Origin: Patescibacteria group bacterium
GTDB lineage: Bacteria > Patescibacteriota > Minisyncoccia > Ryanbacterales > GWA2-47-10b
Direction: 5' to 3'
Length of the DNA stretch: 64,000 bases
Assembly (NCBI GenBank): GCA_038065475.1
Contig: JBBTQY010000005.1
Span: forward strand, 2,793-66,792
Under the pieces are notes generated by a model. The model had not been told where the DNA came from and did no database searches. It saw only the letters and a program-made list of their open reading frames with translations. Positions 35,977 through 45,321 of the stretch are shown in pieces. How positions within the stretch are numbered: the stretch's first letter is position 1; every line of letters starts with the position of its first letter. Made by a program: the position numbers and the translations under genes.

Positions 35977-37950
35977 TTAGCTCAAAAACGGGATGATAAG
36001 GAGCGCTACGATGTTGACCACTTTGATCATGGGGTTGATGGCAGGGCCGGCAGTGTCTTTGTATGGGTCGCCAACTGTGTCGCCAGTGACTGCTGCCTGG
36101 TGGGCAAATGATTTTTTGCCGCCATGGTGACCGTCTTCGATATATTTCTTGGCGTTGTCCCATGCAGCACCACCCGCGGTCATGGAAAGACCCACGAAGA
36201 GTCCTGTAGTAATAACGCCGATGAGAAGACCGCCCAATGCTTCAGCACCAAGCGCAAAAGCGACGATAAGGGTGACTAAGATTGGTAAGAGCGCAGGCAC
36301 TACCATCTCGCGAAGTGCTGCCTGGGTCACAATATCTACGGTGCGAGCATAGTCGGGTTTTGCGGTACCTTCAGCCAAACCTTTGATAGTGGTCCACTGT
36401 CGGCGCACTTCGTGTACCACGGCACCCGCAGCATTGCCTACCGCACGCATAGCGATTGAAGCAAAGATATAGGGGAGAGCAGCACCGATGAAGAGACCCG
36501 CGAGTACTACGGGATCAGCCATGTTGAGAAATACCGCTTTGCCGAGGCGTGAGGCTTCATCGAGATATGCCGAGAAGAGTACGAGAGCTGCAAGACCTGC
36601 CGATGCGATGGCATAGCCTTTGGTAACTGCTTTAGTGGTGTTGCCTACTGCATCGAGAGGATCAGTGTTTGCGCGCACTGATGATGGAAGGTTTGCCATC
36701 TCAGCAATACCTCCTGCGTTGTCAGTGATAGGACCAAATGCGTCGATTGTGACGATGATGCCGGCGAGTGAAACCATGCTAAATGCAGCAATAGCTACGC
36801 CATAAAGGTCTGCGAGCGCATAGGCGCCAAGCATGCCAGCAACGATAATAATAATTGGCACAAAGGTTGCCTCAAGCCCAACAGAGAGACCAATGATGAC
36901 ATTGGTACCATGACCTGATTCTGACGCTTTGGCGATTGATTTTACCGGACGGAATTTTTTTGAAGTATAGTATTCAGTCGCGACTACCATGGCGAGTGCG
37001 ACGGCGATGCCGATAGCAGCGGAAAGAAAGATTTCCATAGCGTCACGCACGAAGAACATGCGAGTGACGGGGATGAAAAATACCGCGGTAAGAATTGATG
37101 TCGCAACAAGTGATTTATAGAGGCCCTGCATGATGGTTGCCTCGCCTTTGATCTTGGCGAAGAAAAAGCCAATGATCGATGCGATGAGTGCCGCACCACC
37201 CAAGACGAGCGGATAGAGCTGCAAAGATGTTTCGTTTGATGCGAGAAGCAAGACGGCTACAAGAGTTACCGCATAGGTCTCAAAAAGGTCAGCTGCCATA
37301 CCAGCATCATCGCCCACGTTGTCGCCAACATTGTCAGCGATAACCGCAGGGTTTCTCGGATCATCCTCAGGAATACCAAGCTCGATTTTACCTACAAGAT
37401 CAGCACCTACGTCAGCACCCTTGGTATAGATACCACCACCAAGGCGCGCAAATACTGAGATAAGTGAGCCACCAAAACCAAGACCGATGAGACCATCAGC
37501 AAGATTTACTGATCCTGCGTATGCGGCATAGAAAAGCGTTACTGCTAAGAGTGCGAGGCCCGCTACCAAAAATCCGGTAACCGCACCTCCTTTAAAGGCT
37601 ACGTTGAATGCCGGTTTGATGCCATCGCGTGCGGCCTCCGCCGTGCGAACATTTGCCATGACGGCGGTTTGCATACCGATAAATCCAGCAAACGCGGAGA
37701 AAACCGCGCCGATCAAGAATCCAAGCGCTGCGTGCACTGAGTAAACAGCTGCAAGCACTACAAAGAGTATCGCCGCTACAATGCCAACGGTGCGGTACTG
37801 GCGCTTGAGGTATGCGTACGAACCTTCGCGGATAGCAGTTGCGATCTCGCGCATGCGCTCATTGCCTTCAGGAAGTTTGGCGATCTGCATGCGAAGCAAA
37901 AATGCAAAGGCGATCGAGATAAGACTAGTGATAATTGCGAATGTAATCAT
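35977..37950 (-). CDS. hppA: membrane-bound proton/sodium-translocating pyrophosphatase
   Basis: 657 aa, polytopic. [35 protein letters not shown] and [12 protein letters not shown] motifs. Confidence 0.9.
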   Translation of the reverse strand: MITFAIITSLISIAFAFLLRMQIAKLPEGNERMREIATAIREGSYAYLKRQYRTVGIVAAILFVVLAAVYSVHAALGFLIGAVFSAFAGFIGMQTAVMANVRTAEAARDGIKPAFNVAFKGGAVTGFLVAGLALLAVTLFYAAYAGSVNLADGLIGLGFGGSLISVFARLGGGIYTKGADVGADLVGKIELGIPEDDPRNPAVIADNVGDNVGDDAGMAADLFETYAVTLVAVLLLASNETSLQLYPLVLGGAALIASIIGFFFAKIKGEATIMQGLYKSLVATSILTAVFFIPVTRMFFVRDAMEIFLSAAIGIAVALAMVVATEYYTSKKFRPVKSIAKASESGHGTNVIIGLSVGLEATFVPIIIIVAGMLGAYALADLYGVAIAAFSMVSLAGIIVTIDAFGPITDNAGGIAEMANLPSSVRANTDPLDAVGNTTKAVTKGYAIASAGLAALVLFSAYLDEASRLGKAVFLNMADPVVLAGLFIGAALPYIFASIAMRAVGNAAGAVVHEVRRQWTTIKGLAEGTAKPDYARTVDIVTQAALREMVVPALLPILVTLIVAFALGAEALGGLLIGVITTGLFVGLSMTAGGAAWDNAKKYIEDGHHGGKKSFAHQAAVTGDTVGDPYKDTAGPAINPMIKVVNIVALLIIPFLS

Positions 37951-37982
37951 AGTTGTGTGATCAGTATACTAATAATGAATTT

Positions 37983-39191
37983 TTATGATTCTTCTTCGGT
38001 TGAAGTATCCTCAGAAGTTTCTTTGGTATTTTCAGATTCCTCGTCAGTATCGTGAGCTTCACGCCCTTCTCGGGTTGCAATATCAATCTTCCAGCTGGTA
38101 AGTTTTGCTGCCAAGCGCACGTTTTGCCCGTTGCGGCCGATGGCGAGTGAGAGTTGTGAATCGTCAACGAGTACGGTTGCGGTATGAGTTTCTTCGTCGA
38201 TAGTGACATCAAGAGCTTTAGCGGGGGAGAGTGCATTGGCGATAAACTTGGTAGGATCTTCAGACCATTCAATAATATCGATTTTTTCGCCGCCGAGCTC
38301 GGCAATAACGGTACCGACACGTACACCTTTTTGGCCGACGAGTGAACCTACAGGGTCGATGCCCGCATCATGCGAGATAACGGCAATCTTTGAGCGAGAG
38401 CCGGCCTCTCTAGCGAGACCCTTGATCTCAACGATACCTTGGCCAATTTCTGGTACTTCTATCTCGAAGAGTTTGCTAACAAAGCGTGGGTGAGAACGCG
38501 AGAGATACATAAGCGGCACGCGTGCTTGACGCTCACTCATGAGCAAAAGCCCTTTAATGCGCTCGCCGATGCGATAGCGTTCGTGTTGCACTTGCTCTTC
38601 GGCGGGAAGGAGTGCCGTTGTGCGGCCCAGATCGAGGTAGACATTGCGTCCCTCGATACGTTGGACGATACCGCTGACAACTTCGCCCTGTTTTTCTTTA
38701 AATTCTTCATAAATAGCTTCGCGCTCAGCCTCACGGATGCGCTGGATGATAACCTGTTTTGCGGTTTGGGCGGCGATACGACCATAATCAGCATGTAGCT
38801 CAAGAGGGAAGACGAGCTCTTCACCTGGCTGGGCGTCTTTTTTGATTTTTTGCGCTTCGTCTACCATTATATGGCGCTCAGGGTTGAAGCGGACGCGTTT
38901 TTGCTCACCTTCCACCTCTTCTTCTCGTTCGGGGCGCAGAGAAGCTTCTTCAGCGGCTACTTCTTCTTCTGATTTGAGCATTGATTCATCGACAACGATT
39001 TTGACCTGCGAGAATGAGATTCCACCTGAATCGAGATCAAAAGTGGCGCGTACAATTTGCCCGCGCTTACCATAGTCACGTTTGTAGGCGGCGGCGAGAG
39101 CCATCTCAATAGTTTCGATGACCTTGTCTTTTGATATTCCCTTTTCTTCGGCGAGCTCTTCGAGCGTCGCTTTGATGATCTTCAGATCCAT
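37983..39191 (-). CDS. nusA: transcription termination/antitermination factor NusA (with acidic C-terminal tail)
   Basis: N-terminal domain, S1 and two KH domains. C-terminal EESENTKETSEDTSTEEES. Confidence 0.9.
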   Translation of the reverse strand: MDLKIIKATLEELAEEKGISKDKVIETIEMALAAAYKRDYGKRGQIVRATFDLDSGGISFSQVKIVVDESMLKSEEEVAAEEASLRPEREEEVEGEQKRVRFNPERHIMVDEAQKIKKDAQPGEELVFPLELHADYGRIAAQTAKQVIIQRIREAEREAIYEEFKEKQGEVVSGIVQRIEGRNVYLDLGRTTALLPAEEQVQHERYRIGERIKGLLLMSERQARVPLMYLSRSHPRFVSKLFEIEVPEIGQGIVEIKGLAREAGSRSKIAVISHDAGIDPVGSLVGQKGVRVGTVIAELGGEKIDIIEWSEDPTKFIANALSPAKALDVTIDEETHTATVLVDDSQLSLAIGRNGQNVRLAAKLTSWKIDIATREGREAHDTDEESENTKETSEDTSTEEES

Positions 39192-39317
39192 AGATATTTA
39201 GTTGTTTTTGGATAAAAAATGGCCCGTTTCAGACGGACCACCATAACAATCACATTGACTCTTCTATTATAGCAGTTTTCTTTTCACAGTCAAGCACCCT
39301 CCACGCGCCCGCCCGCA

Positions 39318-39335
39318 GGGTGTATACTAAAAGCA
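39318..39335 (+). promoter_or_regulatory. extended -10 promoter element GGGTGTATACTAAAAGCA upstream of the histidine kinase (near-identical copy at 53371)
   Basis: TGTATACT (TGn plus TATACT) lies 17 nt before the ATG. The same 17-mer with one extra A precedes pilM. Confidence 0.5.
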
Positions 39336-39344
39336 CCAGTTCTT

Positions 39345-40298
39345 ATGAATACTTTTCACGTCATCTCACAATGTCGCAAATATAACGTTTCGTTGTGGAC
39401 TTGCCCGCCTTTTCTCTTTATTGTCATGGGGTTCGTCAATATCGCAGGTATGTTCACAACGGCTATTGCCGCTCAGCGCTTTTCTGATGATCCTGCGATA
39501 GTTATTATCTCGGTTTCGATGATGGCAGCCTTTCTCTTTGTCGTTGGCAATGCGGTAGTTTCGTCATTTCAACGCTTGGCAGATGCCTCTCGCATCAAGT
39601 CAGAGTTCGTCAACATCGTCTCTCACCAATTGCGCTCGCCACTCTCAGCTATCAAGTGGCAGCTCGAACTTATGCTCGACCAGATGAAGTCGGTGACAGG
39701 AGACGTGGCGGTTACTATGGGTACGATTAGCCGGCAAAATGAGCGCATGATCGCGCTCGTCAATGATTTGCTCGAGGTTAATCGCATTGAAGATGATCGT
39801 GTCATCTTGCGTCCGACAAAAATAGCTATCGATAGTTTTGTCGAACAGATTGCCAATGGTTATAAGCCGCTTGCAGAGCAGACAAACGAAAAACTGACGT
39901 TTGTGAGCGAGGCCAGGCCCCTCATAGTATTTGCCGATGAGACAAAGTTGCGCTGGGTAACCGAAAATCTTATCGATAATGCTATACGCTATACAAAGGC
40001 GGGTGGAGATGTGACGGTGAAAGTATTGCGCGCCAAAAATATGGCACGTGTTGAAGTGACCGATTCGGGTATCGGTATCCCGGTAGGCGATCAAGCTATG
40101 ATCTTCCAGAAATTTTTCCGATCAGAAAATGCCGTACGAGCGCGCGCAGAAGGTACAGGTCTCGGGCTCTACCTTGTGCGTTCGCTGGTAGGTGCTATGG
40201 GCGGCAAAGCAGGTTTTGCCTCTATGGAAGGTAAAGGGTCGACATTCTGGTATACGCTCCCGCTCGTCGAGAACAGCGAGCCACCCCAGAAAAAATAA
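39345..40298 (+). CDS. membrane-anchored sensor histidine kinase (no extracytoplasmic sensor domain)
   Basis: Two TM helices, then the HisKA H-box VSHQLRSPLSAIKWQLELM, followed by HATPase_c N, G1 and G2 boxes (NLIDNAIRYT, DSGIGIP, GTGLGL). Confidence 0.8.
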   Translation: MNTFHVISQCRKYNVSLWTCPPFLFIVMGFVNIAGMFTTAIAAQRFSDDPAIVIISVSMMAAFLFVVGNAVVSSFQRLADASRIKSEFVNIVSHQLRSPLSAIKWQLELMLDQMKSVTGDVAVTMGTISRQNERMIALVNDLLEVNRIEDDRVILRPTKIAIDSFVEQIANGYKPLAEQTNEKLTFVSEARPLIVFADETKLRWVTENLIDNAIRYTKAGGDVTVKVLRAKNMARVEVTDSGIGIPVGDQAMIFQKFFRSENAVRARAEGTGLGLYLVRSLVGAMGGKAGFASMEGKGSTFWYTLPLVENSEPPQKK

Positions 40299-40319
40299 TT
40301 ATAAGGTTATATATTTTGT

Positions 40320-40685
40320 ATGAAAAAACTTCTCATTGTTGAAGACGAAGCAGCACTCCAAGACGCTCTTCAAAAAGTATTTACCACAGAAGGCTACGAG
40401 GTATCGCAGGCGTTCGACGGCGAAGAAGGCATTAAACTCGCAAAAGAAAAGAAGCCAGATATGATTTTACTCGATCTCATTTTGCCAAAAAAACACGGCT
40501 TTGAGGTACTCCAGGAAATCAAAGCTGATGCATCGCTCAAAGATGTCCCGGTATTGGTACTCACCAATCTTGAAGAAAGCACTGAGGTGATGAAAGCAAT
40601 CGAGCTTGGCGCACGCGGATATTTGGTCAAAGCAAACTACGCACTCAAGGAAGTTCTTGCAAAGGTAAAAGACATTCTCGGATAA
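40320..40685 (+). CDS. stand-alone response regulator receiver (CheY/PilH-like)
   Basis: LLIVEDE...DMILLDLILP...K; 121 aa, no output domain. Confidence 0.85.
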   Translation: MKKLLIVEDEAALQDALQKVFTTEGYEVSQAFDGEEGIKLAKEKKPDMILLDLILPKKHGFEVLQEIKADASLKDVPVLVLTNLEESTEVMKAIELGARGYLVKANYALKEVLAKVKDILG

Positions 40686-40698
40686 GGATTATTCCAGG

Positions 40699-42453
40699 AT
40701 GAGAATCGATTCGGGGCAACTCAAGGCGTTTCTGTTAGATTCGGGGCTTGTCTCCGAAAAAGACATTGACGCCGCACTTAAAAAATCCAAAGAGCAGGAT
40801 TCGCGTCCCGGCGATATTCTTGTCGCTCAAGGGAAGATAACTCAAAAAGACCTCGAGCGTGTATACGGCTACATCCTCGGGATTCCTTTTGTAAATCTTG
40901 AAGGGGAGAAGATTGAGCCCGAAGTGTTGCATATGGTGCCGGAACCCATCGCGCGAGCTCATAACGTTGTCGCCTATAAAAAAACCGGTAAAGATTTGGA
41001 GGTAGCCATGCTTGATCCGGAGGATCTCGAGACTATTGAGTTCATTCACAAAAAATCAGGGCTGACCATCAAGCCGCGCATGACCAACGAGAGCTCGATG
41101 AAATATCTTCTCTCGCTCTATCAAAAGAGTTTGGAGGCGGAGTTCGGCGAGATTATCAAGGGCGAGTCTGATGGTCTCGTCACCAGCGCTGCAGTTGTTA
41201 CAGAGGCGGGAGAGAGTGGTGAAGATCTTGAAAAAGTTGCTCAAGAGTTGCCTATCATCAAGATCGTCGATACTCTCATACGTCACGCGATTTTGCAGAA
41301 AGCGTCCGATATCCATATCGAACCGCTTGAAAACGAATTGTTGGTACGTTATCGCATTGACGGTTTGTTGCGTGATGCGATGGTGTTGCCAAAAAAAATT
41401 GCCTCAGCAGTTATCGCGCGTGTCAAGGTGCTCTCGAGTCTCAAACTCGATGAAAAGCGTTTGCCGCAGGATGGTCGTTTTAAAATCGAATCACCCGAAT
41501 ATAAGTTTTCAACTCGTGTATCGGTGTTGCCGGTTTACGATGGTGAAAAGATCGTCATGCGTTTGTTGCCTGAGAACGCGCGCGGGTTTACTCTCGAATC
41601 GTTGGGTTTTCATGGTGAAGGCCTCGAACTCTTGCATCAGAGCATAAAAAAATCCGTTGGTATGATTTTGGCGACCGGTCCTACGGGTTCGGGTAAGACA
41701 ACGACGCTCTATACTATGATGGATTTGATTAATACTCCCGATGTAAATATTTCTACTGTCGAAGATCCTATTGAGTATCGCATGCCGCGTATCAATCAGA
41801 CACAGGTACGCCCCGACATCGGGTTTACCTTTGCCAACGGGCTTCGTAGTCTCTTGCGTCAAGATCCCGATGTGTTAATGGTAGGTGAAATCCGTGATGC
41901 CGAAACCGCAGGGCTCGCTATCAACGCAGCACTCACTGGTCACCTTGTACTCTCAACACTTCATACGAACTCTGCGGCGGGCGCTCTGCCCCGCCTCATC
42001 GATCTTGGTATTGAACCGTTTCTTATCGCATCAACCGTCAATATTATCATCGCCCAGCGTTTGGTGCGCACGCTCTATAAATCGCGCGAAGAGTATCATC
42101 TCAATAAAGATCAGATAGCTCAGCTCGAAAAGATTATTGATATGGAGCGCATGCTTAAATTTTTGCGTGACGAAAAGATTATCCCACCTCAAGCGAAGAT
42201 AGAAGAGGTTCCCTTTTACAAACCTGTGCCAACGCCCGATGTGCCAGATGGCTATCAGGGGCGTATCGGTGTGCATGAGGTAATGATTGTCACGCCCGCG
42301 ATGCGTGAGATGGTGATAAAGAATGCGAGTGCAGGCGAACTTGATGCGATTGCGCGCAAATCGGGCATGATGAGCATGCTCGAAGACGGCATCTTCAAAG
42401 CGGTACAGGGTATCACGACGGTCGAAGAAGTGCTGCGTGTGACACAAGAATAA
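40699..42453 (+). CDS. pilB: type IV pilus assembly ATPase PilB (GspE family)
   Basis: N-terminal GSPII_E_N domain. Walker A ILATGPTGSGKTTTLY. Asp box, His box, Walker B. Confidence 0.9.
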   Translation: MRIDSGQLKAFLLDSGLVSEKDIDAALKKSKEQDSRPGDILVAQGKITQKDLERVYGYILGIPFVNLEGEKIEPEVLHMVPEPIARAHNVVAYKKTGKDLEVAMLDPEDLETIEFIHKKSGLTIKPRMTNESSMKYLLSLYQKSLEAEFGEIIKGESDGLVTSAAVVTEAGESGEDLEKVAQELPIIKIVDTLIRHAILQKASDIHIEPLENELLVRYRIDGLLRDAMVLPKKIASAVIARVKVLSSLKLDEKRLPQDGRFKIESPEYKFSTRVSVLPVYDGEKIVMRLLPENARGFTLESLGFHGEGLELLHQSIKKSVGMILATGPTGSGKTTTLYTMMDLINTPDVNISTVEDPIEYRMPRINQTQVRPDIGFTFANGLRSLLRQDPDVLMVGEIRDAETAGLAINAALTGHLVLSTLHTNSAAGALPRLIDLGIEPFLIASTVNIIIAQRLVRTLYKSREEYHLNKDQIAQLEKIIDMERMLKFLRDEKIIPPQAKIEEVPFYKPVPTPDVPDGYQGRIGVHEVMIVTPAMREMVIKNASAGELDAIARKSGMMSMLEDGIFKAVQGITTVEEVLRVTQE

Positions 42454-42456
42454 GCC

Positions 42457-43704
42457 ATGGCACGATTTCAATTTCGCGCACGCGATCGCCAAGGTGTCGA
42501 ACAGTCGGGTCTTCGTGAGGCAAATGATCGCTTTGAGCTTGCGCGCTTCTTGCGCACCGAAGGACTTTTGATGCTTGAAGCAAATGAAATAGGATCCGGA
42601 GGTACCGGTTCAGCACCATCAAAGGGGCTCAAAAAAGATATTTCTTTTGATGTCAATAAATATTTACGCCGCGTCACGCTTTCAGATAAGATTGTATTTT
42701 CAAAAAACCTTGCAGTCATGATTGGCGCGGGTTTGCCGCTCACGCGTGCGCTCGATGCACTCTCACGCGAATCTCACAATCCCAAATTTAAGACCGCTAT
42801 TTTAGACATTGAAGATCAGATCAGGCAGGGTAAGACATTTGCTGAATCTCTCAATAAGCATCCAAAAATTTTCCCGCCACTCTATATTTCAATGGTTGAA
42901 GCGGGTGAAAAATCAGGAAAACTCAGAGAATCACTTACTATCTTGGCGTCGCAGATGCAGGCAGATTATGACTTGGTACATAAGGTGAGGGGGGCGATGA
43001 TGTACCCATCGATCATTTTGGCGGCGATGCTCCTCATCGGTACGCTTATGATTATCTATGTTGTGCCGACGCTCAGCGCCGTGTTTAAAGAGCTTAACGT
43101 TGAGCTACCTGCTTCCACGCAGTTTATTATCAGTCTCTCTGATTTTTTTATTAATCATTTTATTTTGGTGATTACTGGGTTTATAGCTTTTGTTATAGGT
43201 ATTATTGCGTTTTTGCGCACCACTTTCGGCAAGCATTTGATGGATAATGTAATCATTCGCATCCCAGTGATCGGCCCACTCGCCAAAAAATTCAATGCCG
43301 CCCGCGCTTCACGTACCCTTTCCTCTCTTTTGTCATCAGGTGTACAGGTCATGGAAGCGCTCGAAATCTCTGCGCGTGTTGTGCAAAATCATTTGTACGC
43401 GTCTACGCTCATTGATGCGAAAAAATCGATCCAAAAAGGCGAGACCATATCAAAAGTTTTTTTGGCAAACGAACAATTATATCCGTCGCTGGTAGGCGAG
43501 ATGCTCTCAGTGGGTGAAGAGACAGGTGAGAGCTCGCGCATGTTGGGAGAGGTCGCGTCATTCTACGAACAACAGGTAGCCGATGCCACAAAAGATCTCT
43601 CAACGATCATTGAGCCAGTGCTCATGATTGTTATTGGCGCCGTTGTAGGCTTTTTTGCTGTTTCAATGATTACGCCGATGTATTCTCTGGTGGGAGCTAT
43701 CTGA
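42457..43704 (+). CDS. pilC: type IV pilus platform protein PilC (GspF family)
   Basis: Two GspF repeats and three TM segments. 415 aa. Confidence 0.9.
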   Translation: MARFQFRARDRQGVEQSGLREANDRFELARFLRTEGLLMLEANEIGSGGTGSAPSKGLKKDISFDVNKYLRRVTLSDKIVFSKNLAVMIGAGLPLTRALDALSRESHNPKFKTAILDIEDQIRQGKTFAESLNKHPKIFPPLYISMVEAGEKSGKLRESLTILASQMQADYDLVHKVRGAMMYPSIILAAMLLIGTLMIIYVVPTLSAVFKELNVELPASTQFIISLSDFFINHFILVITGFIAFVIGIIAFLRTTFGKHLMDNVIIRIPVIGPLAKKFNAARASRTLSSLLSSGVQVMEALEISARVVQNHLYASTLIDAKKSIQKGETISKVFLANEQLYPSLVGEMLSVGEETGESSRMLGEVASFYEQQVADATKDLSTIIEPVLMIVIGAVVGFFAVSMITPMYSLVGAI

Positions 43705-43705
43705 T

Positions 43706-44302
43706 ATGCGTCGCGCATTTACCATAGTAGAGCTTCTTATCGTAGTCGGCATCGTAGGTCTTTTGGCAGCACTTCTCATACCGGTTTTTGGGACGTGGCG
43801 TGAACGGAGTGTTGTGCGATCTGCCGCACGCGATATCGAAAGTATTTTAAAGCTCGCACGTTCAAAGTCTCTTGCGTCTGAGGGAGGTGCAAAATATGGA
43901 GTGCTTTTTTATGATGGTGCTGCAAACTTTTCTCTTTGTAAGAATCCTGCCTATATTCCCGATCCGGTTGTTCCCAGTTCTTACAATGTGTATTCGTGTG
44001 GCACGCTTATCAATAGCCATACTCTCGGTAGCTCGCTTTCTTTTTGTGCTCCTTACACATCGAGTACCGAGCTTAAAAGTCTTGCTCCCGGTTGGGCGGT
44101 TGTACCCGGAGTTTTTTTCTCAAAACTAACAGGTGAGTATGAAAATATCGATCCTGCCTCTACCGAAGGTGTGATTTACTTCTATAATAAGAATAAGATT
44201 GCGAGTCCCTGCGGTGATCAACCCGCACTTGATGCGTGTCTTGCTGCAAAAACATGTGGGGGAGTCGTCATCACCAAGTCAGGCGTGATTTATGAAAAGT
44301 AA
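43706..44302 (+). CDS. prepilin-type minor pilin/pseudopilin
   Basis: MRRAFTIVELLIVVGIVGLLAALLIPVF N-terminal cleavage/methylation motif. 198 aa. Confidence 0.7.
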   Translation: MRRAFTIVELLIVVGIVGLLAALLIPVFGTWRERSVVRSAARDIESILKLARSKSLASEGGAKYGVLFYDGAANFSLCKNPAYIPDPVVPSSYNVYSCGTLINSHTLGSSLSFCAPYTSSTELKSLAPGWAVVPGVFFSKLTGEYENIDPASTEGVIYFYNKNKIASPCGDQPALDACLAAKTCGGVVITKSGVIYEK

Positions 44303-44789
44303 TATACAACGCGGATTTTTATTTCTCGAACTTTTAGTAGCGGTAGCGCTTATCTCTACTGTTTTTGTGACGCTCTTTTTTTTGCAGTCAAAACTTTTGC
44401 AGATCAAGCAAGATGGCATCATGAAAGTACGCGCAACATACTACGCAGAAGAAGCTATCGAGGCGCTTCGGTATGCGCGCAACGCTAACGGATGGAATGC
44501 GATCTCAAGTCTTTCCAATAATCCTACGACATATTATGTGTCGCTCGTCAGTAATGTTTGGGTAATCAATACAACGGCCGTATCACCTGATGCACCTGCC
44601 AATCTTTTTGCGCGAACCATTCAGCTTGAAGCCGTCAATCGTCAGGGCGATCAGCAAGGGGCGATCGATCCCGCAGGTAGTTATGCTGACTCGGGTACAC
44701 GTAAAGTGACTGTGACGGTGAGCTGGGATAGTGGTGCCAAGCAGGTCGTGCTTGATACGTATCTTACTGACTGGGCATCAAGTCTATGA
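44292..44789 (+). CDS. prepilin-type minor pilin/pseudopilin
   Basis: QRGFLFLELLVAVALISTVFVTLFF N-terminal motif. 165 aa. Confidence 0.65.
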   Translation: MKSNIQRGFLFLELLVAVALISTVFVTLFFLQSKLLQIKQDGIMKVRATYYAEEAIEALRYARNANGWNAISSLSNNPTTYYVSLVSNVWVINTTAVSPDAPANLFARTIQLEAVNRQGDQQGAIDPAGSYADSGTRKVTVTVSWDSGAKQVVLDTYLTDWASSL

Positions 44790-45319
44790 AGAATCGCGCC
44801 TTTACTCTTATTGAGCTTTTGGTATACGTAGGAGTGCTCATATTGGTGCTCGGAACTATTTTCTTTTTTATCGTTAATATTGTAAGCAACGAACGATCGA
44901 TCGGAGATCGTGTACGCATGATGGATGAAGCAGATTTTGTTATGCGCCAAGTGATCGACCAAACGCGCGGAGCAAAATCAATCGACCGGTCAACACAATT
45001 TGCGGCCGGTGGTAATGGAGGTCAACTCGCACTCATCAAAACCAGCTCAACGGTAAATTTTTATGTTGATGTCTCCGATCCGTTACAGCCAAAGTTGATG
45101 ATGGTGGACAGCGTAGATCCCAGCTACATACGCACTCTTACCTCTCCGCGTGTAGCAGTTGATATATTTGCGCTCACCTGTGTTGGTAGTCCGAGCTCCG
45201 CGTGTGCCGCCCTACCGACCTCCGATCCGCAAGGTGTACGCATCACCCTTGGTCTTCGCGATGTTACTACAAATCAGTCCACGGTTATTACTACCAGTGC
45301 TACACCACGCGGCTATTGA
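44786..45319 (+). CDS. prepilin-type minor pilin/pseudopilin
   Basis: MKNRAFTLIELLVYVGVLILVLG. 177 aa. Confidence 0.7.
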   Translation: MKNRAFTLIELLVYVGVLILVLGTIFFFIVNIVSNERSIGDRVRMMDEADFVMRQVIDQTRGAKSIDRSTQFAAGGNGGQLALIKTSSTVNFYVDVSDPLQPKLMMVDSVDPSYIRTLTSPRVAVDIFALTCVGSPSSACAALPTSDPQGVRITLGLRDVTTNQSTVITTSATPRGY

Positions 45320-45321
45320 TC

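Noticed and set aside
37961-38326. 121-aa minus-strand ORF overlapping nusA
   Set aside because: It lies entirely within nusA in another frame, with no supporting features.
45202-45321. Upstream extension of the giant PilX_N ORF (ORF-track start 45202)
   Set aside because: This extension overlaps the previous pseudopilin gene by 118 nt and is Cys/Tyr-rich nonsense. The ATG at 45322 directly follows the upstream stop (TGATCATG) and begins the hydrophobic prepilin-like segment.
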